This document shows, in pieces, positions 36,321 through 45,163 of a stretch of DNA of 64,000 nt; position 1 is the first letter of the stretch; the number at the start of each line of letters is the position of its first letter. The notes below the pieces were generated by a model. It did no database searches. It was not told the origin of the DNA and worked only from the letters and a program-made list of their open reading frames with translations. The position numbers and the translations under genes are program-made. The DNA is from Chloroflexota bacterium. Its GTDB lineage: Bacteria; Chloroflexota; Anaerolineae; Anaerolineales; Villigracilaceae. Location: the NCBI GenBank assembly GCA_029782225.1, contig JAKOVF010000005.1, positions 12,949 through 76,948 of the forward strand, written 5' to 3'.

Positions 36321-37643
36321 TTAAAGTCTCACAACCTTATCGCTATTCTTTCCGAGTTTTCCTGTTGCATTCCGTGAGTCAAAGACGAATTTCGCCGCGT
36401 CAATGATCGCCTTGTAATCGTAGACCGTGTGGTTGGTCACGATGACCACGGCATCTGCCTCCTTCACGGCCTGCATCATATCCTTGACCGAGTCCATGTG
36501 CCAGCCATCATATTCATGATGAATATGCGGGATGTAAGGATCATGATACTGTACCTTTGCGCCTTTTTTCTGTAGCAGGCCGATCACATCCAGCGACGGT
36601 GATTCGCGGACATCGTCAATATCGGGCTTGTAAGCCGCGCCGAGCACCAGGACCTTGCTCCCCTTGAGAATCTGGCCGCGGTCATTCATGGCATCCAACA
36701 TGCGGGTCACAACGTAACGCGGCATGTTCGTGTTGATCTCAGATGCCAGCTCGATGAAGCGCGCATTGTAATGGAAGGATTTCATCTTCCACGAAAGATA
36801 AAGCGGATCGATCGGGATGCAGTGTCCGCCCAGGCCAGGACCTGGTGTGAATTTCATGAAACCAAAGGGCTTCGTAGCCGCTGCATCGATCACCTCCCAT
36901 ACATCCACCCCGAGGCGTTCGCACATGATCGCCAATTCATTGACCAGACCGATGTTGATCATGCGGAAAGTGTTCTCCAACAGTTTGGACATCTCCGCTG
37001 CTTCTGCAGAAGAAACCGCATGGATATGCTGGATCGCGCCGGCATACCAGGCCGCGGCAACTTCGCTACAGCTTTCCGTAATGCCGCCCACAACCTTCGG
37101 AGTGTTAAGTGTGGTGAAATCCTCGCGCCCTGGATCGACGCGCTCGGGCGAGAATGCCAGGAACCAGTCCTCGCCCACGGTCAAACCATTGTCCGTGCCA
37201 AGTTTTGGAAGGAGCAGTTCCCGTGTCGTGCCTGGATAGGTGGTGGATTCAAGCACAACAACCATGCCCTTGTGCATGTACTTCGCCAACTCATCCATGG
37301 CAGAGATGATGAACGACATATCGGGATCGCCCGTTTGACGCAGCGGCGTCGGCACACAAATGCTGACCGCATCCATTTGCTTGAGCACCGAGAAATCAGT
37401 GGTCGCAGTCAAATGGCCGGATTGCACCAGCCTGGTGACTGCCTCAGTCTTCACGTCCGGGATATAGGATACGCAATTGTTCAGCGAATTGACCTTGCGC
37501 TCATCTGGATCCACGCCTGTAACGTGGAACCCCGCCTCCCCAAACACGACAGCCAATGGCAGACCAACGTACCCAAGTCCCAGAATGGCAATACTGGCTT
37601 TCTTTTCTTTCAGGTTACTGATGAGTGTTTCTTTCGTAGACAT
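36321..37643 (-). CDS. UDP-sugar 6-dehydrogenase family (WbpA/WecC-like). Start at MSTKE.
   Basis: IAILGLGYVGLPLAVVF NAD-binding motif and a catalytic Cys region GGHCIPID. The internal start is supported because a repeat-element copy occupies the upstream in-frame extension. Confidence 0.85.
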   Translation of the reverse strand: MSTKETLISNLKEKKASIAILGLGYVGLPLAVVFGEAGFHVTGVDPDERKVNSLNNCVSYIPDVKTEAVTRLVQSGHLTATTDFSVLKQMDAVSICVPTPLRQTGDPDMSFIISAMDELAKYMHKGMVVVLESTTYPGTTRELLLPKLGTDNGLTVGEDWFLAFSPERVDPGREDFTTLNTPKVVGGITESCSEVAAAWYAGAIQHIHAVSSAEAAEMSKLLENTFRMINIGLVNELAIMCERLGVDVWEVIDAAATKPFGFMKFTPGPGLGGHCIPIDPLYLSWKMKSFHYNARFIELASEINTNMPRYVVTRMLDAMNDRGQILKGSKVLVLGAAYKPDIDDVRESPSLDVIGLLQKKGAKVQYHDPYIPHIHHEYDGWHMDSVKDMMQAVKEADAVVIVTNHTVYDYKAIIDAAKFVFDSRNATGKLGKNSDKVVRL

Positions 37644-37649
37644 TTTTTC

Positions 37650-37795
37650 CTTTTTGATGTCATGGCGAGACGGTGCTTTCCCGAAGGGGTCCAAGCAATC
37701 CCCAATTTGGCAAGAGGGAGCTGCTCAGTGAGATCAGCCCACTTAGCGAGAGATTGCTTCGCACACGGTCCTGCGTTCGGTGCAGGGACGTGCGC
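37650..37795. repeat. MITE-like imperfect-palindromic repeat, copy R4
   Basis: Left arm tgtcatggcgagacggtgc...ccaagcaatcccc and right arm gagattgcttcgcac...gcgctcgcaatgacataattaac. These align with the copies at ~38455, ~50520 and ~61030. Confidence 0.6.
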
Positions 37796-37813
37796 TCGCA
37801 ATGACATAATTAA

Positions 37814-38452
37814 CTAGAACAAACTTAACTGCTTTGGCTCTTCCTTTGGTGTTTCTTCTATTTTCACGGCAGGCGCAGACCTGCCCATGCCGGTCCGTGC
37901 TTCCTTCAACAGTTCAGGCAGTTTCGCAAAATCACCCAAAATGGCCGGCTTGAGCGCAGCCTGGTGCAACGCGGCAGCCGGGTGGAACATGGGGATCACA
38001 TAGCGGTCGCCTACTTTTCGCATCTGCCCGTGCACTGCACTGATCTTTGCGCCGGGCAGAAACTTGTTCATCGAAAAGCGGCCCAGCGTCACAATGATAC
38101 TCGGATTAATGGCGTTTATCTGCGCTTCGAGATAAACATCACAGGCAGCAAGCTCTTCAGGCAATGGATCGCGATTGCCCGGCGGGCGGCACTTGACTAC
38201 GTTCCCGATCCAGACATCGGCGCGGGTTACACTGGCCTGTGCCAGTAATTGGTCAAGAAATTGCCCGGCTGCCCCTACAAACGGGCGTCCCTGTTCATTT
38301 TCGTGGAAACCCGGCCCTTCTCCAATAAACATGATCTCCGCATGGGTCGGACCCTCGCCCGGCACAGCTTTCTTCCGCGAGCGATGAAGCTCGCATTTGG
38401 TACAAACCGAGACATCCTTTGCAACCTGTGCCAGTACTTCCTCAGGGGTCAT
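37814..38452 (-). CDS. Uracil-DNA glycosylase, family 4
   Basis: CTKCELHRSRKKAVPGEGPTHAEIMFIGEGPGFHENEQGRPFVGAAG is the hallmark family-4 UDG motif region. Confidence 0.85.
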   Translation of the reverse strand: MTPEEVLAQVAKDVSVCTKCELHRSRKKAVPGEGPTHAEIMFIGEGPGFHENEQGRPFVGAAGQFLDQLLAQASVTRADVWIGNVVKCRPPGNRDPLPEELAACDVYLEAQINAINPSIIVTLGRFSMNKFLPGAKISAVHGQMRKVGDRYVIPMFHPAAALHQAALKPAILGDFAKLPELLKEARTGMGRSAPAVKIEETPKEEPKQLSLF

Positions 38453-38454
38453 AT

Positions 38455-38640
38455 CATACCTCCGTTTTCATCTGTCATTACCCCGCGTGCTTCCCCGCAC
38501 CATCCTTTGGTTGGCAGTGAAAGGCGGGGCTTTCAGCAGGGTTGCGAGGGCGTTAGCCAGAAGCATTCCCCCATGAAGGAGGAGATTGCTTTGTCGCGAA
38601 GAACGCTCCTTGCAATGACGTGAGCGTCATCAAAATCGCA
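38455..38640. repeat. MITE-like repeat, copy R1. Its right arm appears to overlap or extend the rimI 3' end.
   Basis: Left arm ...gggttgcgagggcgttagccagaagcattccc and right arm gagattgctttgtcgcgaagaacgctccttgcaatgacgtgagcgtcat, with an internal ccccgc/gcgggg hairpin insert. Confidence 0.55.
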
Positions 38641-39059
38641 TCTTCGTCATTATCCTTGTAATAGTGCGGCCTGCGGCCGGTCTCGACAAATCCATATTTG
38701 CGGTACATGGATTGAGCAGCGACGTTGTTCTCACGCACCTCCAGAAATGCGGTTTTTGCGCCCTCATCCCGGGCAAAGATTAATGCAGAGACGAGTAATT
38801 CCTGTGCCACACCCTGCCTGCGATATTCAGGCTTCGTGGCGATCGTGGCAATGTGCGCCTCATCCACGATCAACCACAGCACCAGCATTCCGATCACAGC
38901 CCCATCTTCTCCCTCAGCCACCCAGCAGCGCGCCGCAGGGTTATCCGTCAGCTCAAACCGGAACGAGCGTTCCGGCCATGGCAGGCTAAAAGAGGCACGG
39001 TCGATCGCGATGACTTGTTCAAGGTCATCAGTTGTCATCTTGCGAACACGAAATTTCAT
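38553..39059 (-). CDS. rimI: Ribosomal-protein-alanine N-acetyltransferase (GNAT), RimI
   Basis: GNAT motifs (VIGMLVLWLIVDEAHIATIATKPEYRRQGVAQELL). Position in a tsaE-tsaB-rimI arrangement, with an ATGA overlap with tsaB. The last ~20 aa are likely read-through into the repeat element. Confidence 0.75.
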   Translation of the reverse strand: MKFRVRKMTTDDLEQVIAIDRASFSLPWPERSFRFELTDNPAARCWVAEGEDGAVIGMLVLWLIVDEAHIATIATKPEYRRQGVAQELLVSALIFARDEGAKTAFLEVRENNVAAQSMYRKYGFVETGRRPHYYKDNDEDAILMTLTSLQGAFFATKQSPPSWGNASG

Positions 39060-39724
39060 GCAGGTGGCGCCCCCGCAACATGAAGATATATTGGCGCAAG
39101 CGAGGCAATCTCGTCCGCTTTGCCATCCTTCCAGCGCATCCACGCCAGTTCGGCCAGGATCGCAGGACGACGCATGGAGTGGGCCGGTGAGGCCAGCAGG
39201 ACATTGACGCGTTTCCGCGCCAGCCGTTGACGATCATCCGCAGAGAGTTCTCCCGCTACATGAGTTGGACTTTCGATCTCATCGGCCAGCTCATCCGCCG
39301 TCCCGCTGCGCGCGGGACCCTCGGCCTGCCAGCCGTTCTTCGAGCTTCGGTACCAGCCAGTAGCGATCCGCCCGCGCCCGGCCTGCAGCACGACCACCAG
39401 TGGATACTGGCTGACCGGCTGCTCTGCGGCGACGATATCCATTGTCGGAATGCCGATCAGCGGAAGATGACGCGCGAGGGCCAGTCCTTTTGCGAGGGCC
39501 AACCCGACTCTGAGACTCGTGAACGAACCCGGCCCAATCGCCACCCCCAGGGCGCTGACCATCTCCATCGAAACACCGGACCGTTCCAACAGTCCCGCCA
39601 GAGCCGGTGCCAGTTGTGTGGTGTGATGCTGTCCGCTGGTCCACACCATTTCCGCGAGGACTTCCGTCCCATCGTAAACAGCCAGTCCCACCTGTGCGGT
39701 GGATGTATCCAGGGCGAGTAACAT
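39056..39724 (-). CDS. tsaB: tRNA threonylcarbamoyladenosine biosynthesis protein TsaB (YeaZ)
   Basis: MLLALDTSTAQVGLAVYDG N-terminus plus GPGSFTSLRVGLALAKGLA. Confidence 0.85.
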   Translation of the reverse strand: MLLALDTSTAQVGLAVYDGTEVLAEMVWTSGQHHTTQLAPALAGLLERSGVSMEMVSALGVAIGPGSFTSLRVGLALAKGLALARHLPLIGIPTMDIVAAEQPVSQYPLVVVLQAGRGRIATGWYRSSKNGWQAEGPARSGTADELADEIESPTHVAGELSADDRQRLARKRVNVLLASPAHSMRRPAILAELAWMRWKDGKADEIASLAPIYLHVAGAPPA

Positions 39725-40221
39725 CAGCTTGCTCCAAACATAGTCCTGCGGATTTCGTTCAACAGGCTATCATAGTGTTTGCCGCTGGCCTTGAAGACCA
39801 TCTGGCGGTGTTCATCGCTCATATAGTCGAAATGGACCCAAAGCTTGTTCGTGGGGATCAGACTGCCCATTCGCTCCGGCCATTCGATCACCAGCGGGCC
39901 CTGCTCGAGCATGGATTCAAGGTCGAGTTCCTCCGCCTCAGGCACAGAGTCAAGGCGATAGGCATCGAGATGAAAGAGCTGCTTGGCATCCGCGCGGCGA
40001 TATATGTTGACGAGGATAAATGTGGGGCTTGAAACCAGATCGAGCGACCCCCAGCCTTGAGCCAGTCCCTGGACAAATGTGGTCTTGCCGGCACCCAGAT
40101 CGCCCTGCAAACAGACAACATCCCCAGCGTGCAAGGTGCCGCCCAGACGCATCCCAACGCGCCGCGTCTGTTCAGGACTGCGGCTGAAGAATTCAAGCGT
40201 GTGGGCATCGAGGATGGGCAT
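39724..40221 (-). CDS. tsaE: tRNA threonylcarbamoyladenosine biosynthesis ATPase TsaE (YjeE)
   Basis: Walker A GDLGAGKTTFVQGL in a ~160-aa protein immediately upstream of tsaB. Confidence 0.85.
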   Translation of the reverse strand: MPILDAHTLEFFSRSPEQTRRVGMRLGGTLHAGDVVCLQGDLGAGKTTFVQGLAQGWGSLDLVSSPTFILVNIYRRADAKQLFHLDAYRLDSVPEAEELDLESMLEQGPLVIEWPERMGSLIPTNKLWVHFDYMSDEHRQMVFKASGKHYDSLLNEIRRTMFGAS

Positions 40222-40241
40222 GTTCCCTCAAATTCTACTCC

Positions 40242-40272
40242 AAAAATAAAAGACGCATTACAAAATGCGTCT
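40242..40272 (-). terminator. Rho-independent terminator after the MGDG-synthase-like gene (AGACGCATT/AATGCGTCT stem with a T-run on the minus strand)
   Basis: ccaaaaataaaagacgcattacaaaatgcgtctcg has a perfect 9-bp stem with an adjacent A/T run. Confidence 0.6.
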
Positions 40273-40353
40273 CGTCGAATGTTTAGTTTTTCTTCAAGCA
40301 GGCAAAAGACCCTGCGATATTTTCTTCTGCCACAGGAAAATATTCGTTTGAGT

Positions 40354-41520
40354 TTATTCGCTCGATATATCTGTCGCTGCGACCCGCTCCAAACCTAACC
40401 GTTCCCCAATGGAGCGTGCAATGGCGCGAGCCGAGTCAGGACGCGACGCGTGCCGGGCATTCTCCACGATCCGGGCATATTCCTTCGGGCGCACGATCCA
40501 GCGTGTGAGTGCGCGGACGACAAGATGAGGCTCCGGCGCAAATATTCCTGCCCCTGATTCTTCGACGAAGGTGACATTGCCATCTTCCTGGCCCGGCAGT
40601 TTCGCGTACATCACAATGGGTACGTTGGCATTCAGCCCCTCGGTGAGGGTCGCGGCGCCGGCCTTTGTCACGAGGATATCAGCGGCACGCATAAAATCGG
40701 GCATGGCGCGTGTGAACCCATAGACGATGGTTGGATTCTCCCACTTGTAGTTATCAAGATAATTTTTCAGGCGCTCGTTCCGCCCGGCAATGATGATCAG
40801 GCCAATGTCCAGGCCGGATTCGTCAATGGCGCGCGCCGTCTTTGCCAGCGGGCCCATTCCCTCTCCGCCGCCTACAAGCAGAACGATGGGCTTGTCGAGG
40901 GGCCAGCCAAGTTTCTCGCGTAATTCCCGTTTGTTTCCCGCGGGCTGACAGTAACGGTCCGCCACCGGAAAACCCACTACTTCCAGTCTCTCGGCCGAGA
41001 TTCCCAGTTCCAGTCCGCGTTGACGCGCTGCTTCAGAAGGGACGAAGATCTTGTCGGCGCGTTTGTCGAACCAGAGTGCGTGTGTTGTGACAATATCGGT
41101 GACTACGGTGAAGAAAGGAGGTCGAATCCAGCCGAGCGCTTTCAAAACAAAGGTATTGGCAAAAGGATGGACCGTGACGATCAAATCTGCAGGGTGACCC
41201 TTGACCATGGCCTTGATCGAGCGGCGGACATAGGGCCAGACAGAGGCCGTGATCAGCCGTACGCGTGCGCCTCCATCCGTTGCATAAAAGGAGGCTTCCC
41301 ACAGCTTCGGCGCCTTGACCATTTGTGGATACAGGTCCGGCATCTTATTTAGAGGAAGCGGTGCATAATCCTTGAAGGCATCCACCATTTCGGTGGTTAC
41401 GGCATCATCATACTCAAGATATAAGGCCTCGATAATGGCTTCGGCAGCAGAGCGATGTCCCCCTCCCGTATCAGAAAAATAGACGACAACATGCGGAGAT
41501 TTACTGAGTCTGTTGTTCAT
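40354..41520 (-). CDS. MGDG synthase / UgtP-like diacylglycerol glycosyltransferase (GT28)
   Basis: N-terminal VVVYFSDTGGGHRSAAEAI and a C-terminal LVTKAGAATLTEG region are typical of the monogalactosyldiacylglycerol synthase family. Confidence 0.7.
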   Translation of the reverse strand: MNNRLSKSPHVVVYFSDTGGGHRSAAEAIIEALYLEYDDAVTTEMVDAFKDYAPLPLNKMPDLYPQMVKAPKLWEASFYATDGGARVRLITASVWPYVRRSIKAMVKGHPADLIVTVHPFANTFVLKALGWIRPPFFTVVTDIVTTHALWFDKRADKIFVPSEAARQRGLELGISAERLEVVGFPVADRYCQPAGNKRELREKLGWPLDKPIVLLVGGGEGMGPLAKTARAIDESGLDIGLIIIAGRNERLKNYLDNYKWENPTIVYGFTRAMPDFMRAADILVTKAGAATLTEGLNANVPIVMYAKLPGQEDGNVTFVEESGAGIFAPEPHLVVRALTRWIVRPKEYARIVENARHASRPDSARAIARSIGERLGLERVAATDISSE

Positions 41521-41713
41521 TTTGTTCGTGTTTCGTCAGGTTTGCCTTCATCCGTTTCGCCAGTTCACGGCGGGTGAGCATGACCCGCCTGCCACAGCCC
41601 TTACATTCCAGGCCAATGTCCGCGCCAAGACGCACAACTGTCCATTCGAAGGAGCCGCATGGGTGTTGTTTGCGCAGGCGCAGATGATCGTTGAGCTGCA
41701 AGTCGGGAAGCAT
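41501..41713 (-). CDS. Small zinc-ribbon protein (DUF951-like)
   Basis: 70 aa with CG...C..CGRRV spacing. Weak family recall only. Confidence 0.35.
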   Translation of the reverse strand: MLPDLQLNDHLRLRKQHPCGSFEWTVVRLGADIGLECKGCGRRVMLTRRELAKRMKANLTKHEQNEQQTQ

Positions 41714-41815
41714 TTCAGGAATATGTAAGCAGGGTAGCAGAGGAATTATACCGCCTCGGCCATATTGAATTGTGATAAACTAGCCCCGACCTTCAACCAT
41801 CCTGCGAGGGAATCC

Positions 41816-42367
41816 ATGTCGAATCGTGAAACCTATTCCATCGAAATTGCCGGTATCAAGCGTGATCTTCGTTTATTTGAGATCAAACCCGGCCTGCGAA
41901 TTGCCATTCTCAACATTCTGGGCGATACCGAACTTGTCACGGCCTGTGCGCGCGAGCTTGGGAAGAAGCTTAAAGATGTAAGTTACGATGTACTAGTCAC
42001 AGCGGAGGCCAAATCCATTCCGCTGGCCCACGCGTTATCCATCGAAACAGGCAAGCCCTATATTGTCCTGCGCAAGTTATACAAACCCTATATGGGCGAC
42101 GCATTGAAAGCAGAAACGCTGTCCATTACCACCGGGCAGCCGCAGATTCTGATTCTGGATGAAAAAGACCGGGAGATGATGAAAGGGAAGAAGGTCGTGA
42201 TCGTAGACGATGTCATCAGCACCGGATCCACGTTGCAGGGGATGCGCATGCTCATGGACAAAGCCGGTGCCGCTGTGGTTGGTGAGGCCGCTATCCTGAC
42301 CGAGGGAGACCGCGCCCAGTGGATGCACATCTATTCATTGGGGCATTTGCCGTTGTTTACCGATTAA
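41816..42367 (+). CDS. Type I phosphoribosyltransferase family protein. Start at MSNRETY.
   Basis: PRPP-binding motif VVIVDDVISTGSTL. A GAGGGA RBS precedes the start. Confidence 0.6.
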   Translation: MSNRETYSIEIAGIKRDLRLFEIKPGLRIAILNILGDTELVTACARELGKKLKDVSYDVLVTAEAKSIPLAHALSIETGKPYIVLRKLYKPYMGDALKAETLSITTGQPQILILDEKDREMMKGKKVVIVDDVISTGSTLQGMRMLMDKAGAAVVGEAAILTEGDRAQWMHIYSLGHLPLFTD

Positions 42368-42397
42368 TGTGCAGGGGCGACTCGCGAGTCACCCCTC

Positions 42398-42637
42398 CTA
42401 CGAAAACAATTTTTGTTTTTGCGTACGCGCCATCTTTTTGATGGCGCGTTCTCTTTTCATAGCCGTGCGCCGGTCGGCCTGGGGCTCGAGATAAACCAAT
42501 TTGACCGGCCGCCTGCTGCGGGTGTAGCGCGAACCGATACCCCTGTTATGCTGGGAAAGACGTCGCTCGGGATCCGTTGTCCAGCCCGTGTAATAAGTCC
42601 CATCCGCGCATTCGAGGATGTAACAAAAGCAGCTCAT
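42398..42637 (-). CDS. GIY-YIG nuclease superfamily protein (UPF0213/YhbQ-like)
   Basis: CFCYILECADGTYYTGWTTDPERRLSQHN carries GIY...YIG and conserved Arg and Glu residues. Confidence 0.8.
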   Translation of the reverse strand: MSCFCYILECADGTYYTGWTTDPERRLSQHNRGIGSRYTRSRRPVKLVYLEPQADRRTAMKRERAIKKMARTQKQKLFS

Positions 42638-43617
42638 TCTTTTTTCTTAGGCCGGGAAAACAGGCTCCCAAACAAACGCTCTGAAAGAGACTGCGCTTCG
42701 ATGGTGCCGCTTGCGGCTTGCAGCCAATCCGAGCTCGCACGCTCATCGAACCAGCGTTCACGACCCGTGCGTGCCTTCTTCAGATATTCAGTCACAGCAC
42801 TTTCATCACCGCTTTCGATATTCTCGCGCAGATCAAACAAGGAAGTAATAATGCTGTTCAATTTACTTGTCATCATCTCGCGATTCTGCATGATCGCCAT
42901 GCTCAGAGATTCGGCATCGTCCTGGTCGATCATGGCGGCAGTGCTTAGAGCGAAAGCGCGACCGGCGACCTTGCGTGCCTCCTGCCAGCCAGGTTGACCC
43001 ACTGTTGCGTTCAGCAGGGATGCAGCAAGGAGCTGAGGCAGGATATGCGTGGAAGCGGCCAGGCCGTCCGATTCGAGCATATCCGCAAACAGCGGCATGG
43101 CTCCCAATAAACGGACAAAGCCTGCCGCCAGTTCAACAGCTTCTCCGGGTGTGCCAGCCGGCGCATCGATCATGAACAGGCCGCGTGAGAATAAGTCCGC
43201 GTTTGCGGTTTGCAAGCCAGAGCCAACTTTGTTGAGGAATTCGGGGTTGATCGCCGGGACGAGTCCCACATAATGACGGCCGGATGGCAGATACTTCTTT
43301 GCCCACCTGGCAACTTCCGATTTGATGGGAGCGGTATCCAGGATCAGCGCACCGTGGGGCACATCCTGAGAGATGTAGCGCAACGTATCCTGAACCTGGC
43401 TCAGCGGCAGGCACAAGACAACGATCTGCGAGCCTTCGACAGAAGCCGGTAGATTGAGAACAACCTTGTCTACCGCGCCCTTCTTTTGGGCTTCACGCGC
43501 AGTTTCCACATTCTTGTCGTGTCCTACACGGAAGATGCTGTCCTGGTGCGCGCCAAGCGCCAGACCCATTGAAGCGCCGATCTGCCCAAGACCGATAATC
43601 GTGATCTGTGTCGCCAT
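42634..43617 (-). CDS. tyrA: Prephenate/arogenate dehydrogenase. Start at MATQITI.
   Basis: ITIIGLGQIGASMGLAL Rossmann motif plus the PDH family pattern. A GAGGA RBS lies before the internal ATG; the longer ORF in the track has no RBS support. Confidence 0.75.
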   Translation of the reverse strand: MATQITIIGLGQIGASMGLALGAHQDSIFRVGHDKNVETAREAQKKGAVDKVVLNLPASVEGSQIVVLCLPLSQVQDTLRYISQDVPHGALILDTAPIKSEVARWAKKYLPSGRHYVGLVPAINPEFLNKVGSGLQTANADLFSRGLFMIDAPAGTPGEAVELAAGFVRLLGAMPLFADMLESDGLAASTHILPQLLAASLLNATVGQPGWQEARKVAGRAFALSTAAMIDQDDAESLSMAIMQNREMMTSKLNSIITSLFDLRENIESGDESAVTEYLKKARTGRERWFDERASSDWLQAASGTIEAQSLSERLFGSLFSRPKKKE

Positions 43618-44134
43618 TATTATCCTCGCAAATCTCAGTGCTCCACGAAAGTTGGAGGAATACCCGAAAACAGGGGGCGGGCCTCTCGCAGTCGTTTCGC
43701 GATCTACTGAATTTTGGATAACGGGATTATACTGCCGAGTCCCCGCCTCAATTTCCGCGACAGAGAGCACATCGTTCGTGATGGCCCGGCCCTCGAAATG
43801 GTCCCCGCTTTAAAGTGCGAGAGCCACGGACGCCGACCGTGGCTCTCTATTGAAAGGAGGAGAAGAGAAATCACCTTACGAACGTAACTTTATCATGCTT
43901 GTCCGAAAAGTACTTGACGCCAAATATACGATTACCCTACGTTTATGCGATAACTTGCATCGTTGTAAGCGTCAAACTAACAAGCGCCTTACAATCCTTT
44001 TTGCGATGAGACCCTGCGCTCCCCTGGTTTGGCTGCAAATGCGCGAAATATTAAGGAATGTTTGAGCCTTTGCACTGTATAATAATAGAACAAAAGTTTC
44101 ATTTTTTCCACTCACAATTTATAGAAGGAGAGAG

Positions 44135-45163
44135 ATGCCTACCTACGCGATTGAAACGCAGGACCTCGGCCGCGTGTACAAGATCCGCGGGAACAAGAAG
44201 GAGAAGCAGATTCGCAAGGAACTGGTCGCTCTGGAAAATGTCAGCCTGACGGTGGAACGCGGTGAATTGTTTGGACTGCTTGGCCCGAACGGCGCCGGCA
44301 AAACGACCCTGATCAAGATCCTGACCACGCTTCTCGCCCCGACCTCGGGCATGGCGCGCGTCGCCGGCCATGATGTGATCAAAAACCCGGAGCTGGTGCG
44401 GCCGCGCATCAACATGGTCTCCGGTGGAGAGTCCTCCGGCTACGGCCTGTTGACGGTACGCGAGAACTTATGGATGTTCTCGCAATTTTACGGTTTGCCT
44501 TCCAAGGAAGCCAATGAGCGCATTATCGAACTGCTCAAAATGGTTGGACTGGAGGACCGCATCCACACCAAATCATCCGACCTTTCCACCGGTCTGCGCC
44601 AGAAAATGAACATCGTACGCGGATTCATGACCGACCCCGATGTTCTGTTTCTCGATGAACCCACCCTCGGCCTGGACGTGGGCGCCTCGCGTGATGTCCG
44701 TAAGTTGATCCGCGGCTGGCTGGATGCGGATAAGTCCCGCACGCTTCTCCTTACCACCCACTATATGGTCGAGGCTGAAGAGCTGTGTGACCGCGTGGCG
44801 ATCATCAACAAGGGACGCGTGCTGGCCTGCGATACGCCGGCCAACCTCAAACGCGACCTGCAGCGCGATGCGATCTTCGAGATCGAAACCACTCCCCTCA
44901 ACGGGCTGGGCAGCCACATGATCGAGAGCCTGCCCGAGGTCCGCAAAGCTGCGCTGACCGAGATCGAGGGCGGTGCGAAGCTGGAACTGATCCTCCCGGA
45001 AGAATCCGCGCTGGCGAATGTCATCAATGTCCTTACTCAGAAGCATGTGAAGGTCATGCGCCTGAGCAAGCATGAGCCGACGCTGGAAGATGTCTTCATG
45101 GAACTGGTTGGCCAGAAGATGGAAGATGTGGAAAACGAGGAGGAGCCGAATGCAGACCAATAA
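44135..45163 (+). CDS. ABC transporter ATP-binding protein (ABC-2/DrrA-like)
   Basis: Walker A GPNGAGKTTLIKIL, signature LSTGLRQKMNI and Walker B LFLDEPTLGLD. A strong AAGGAGAG RBS precedes the start. Confidence 0.85.
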   Translation: MPTYAIETQDLGRVYKIRGNKKEKQIRKELVALENVSLTVERGELFGLLGPNGAGKTTLIKILTTLLAPTSGMARVAGHDVIKNPELVRPRINMVSGGESSGYGLLTVRENLWMFSQFYGLPSKEANERIIELLKMVGLEDRIHTKSSDLSTGLRQKMNIVRGFMTDPDVLFLDEPTLGLDVGASRDVRKLIRGWLDADKSRTLLLTTHYMVEAEELCDRVAIINKGRVLACDTPANLKRDLQRDAIFEIETTPLNGLGSHMIESLPEVRKAALTEIEGGAKLELILPEESALANVINVLTQKHVKVMRLSKHEPTLEDVFMELVGQKMEDVENEEEPNADQ

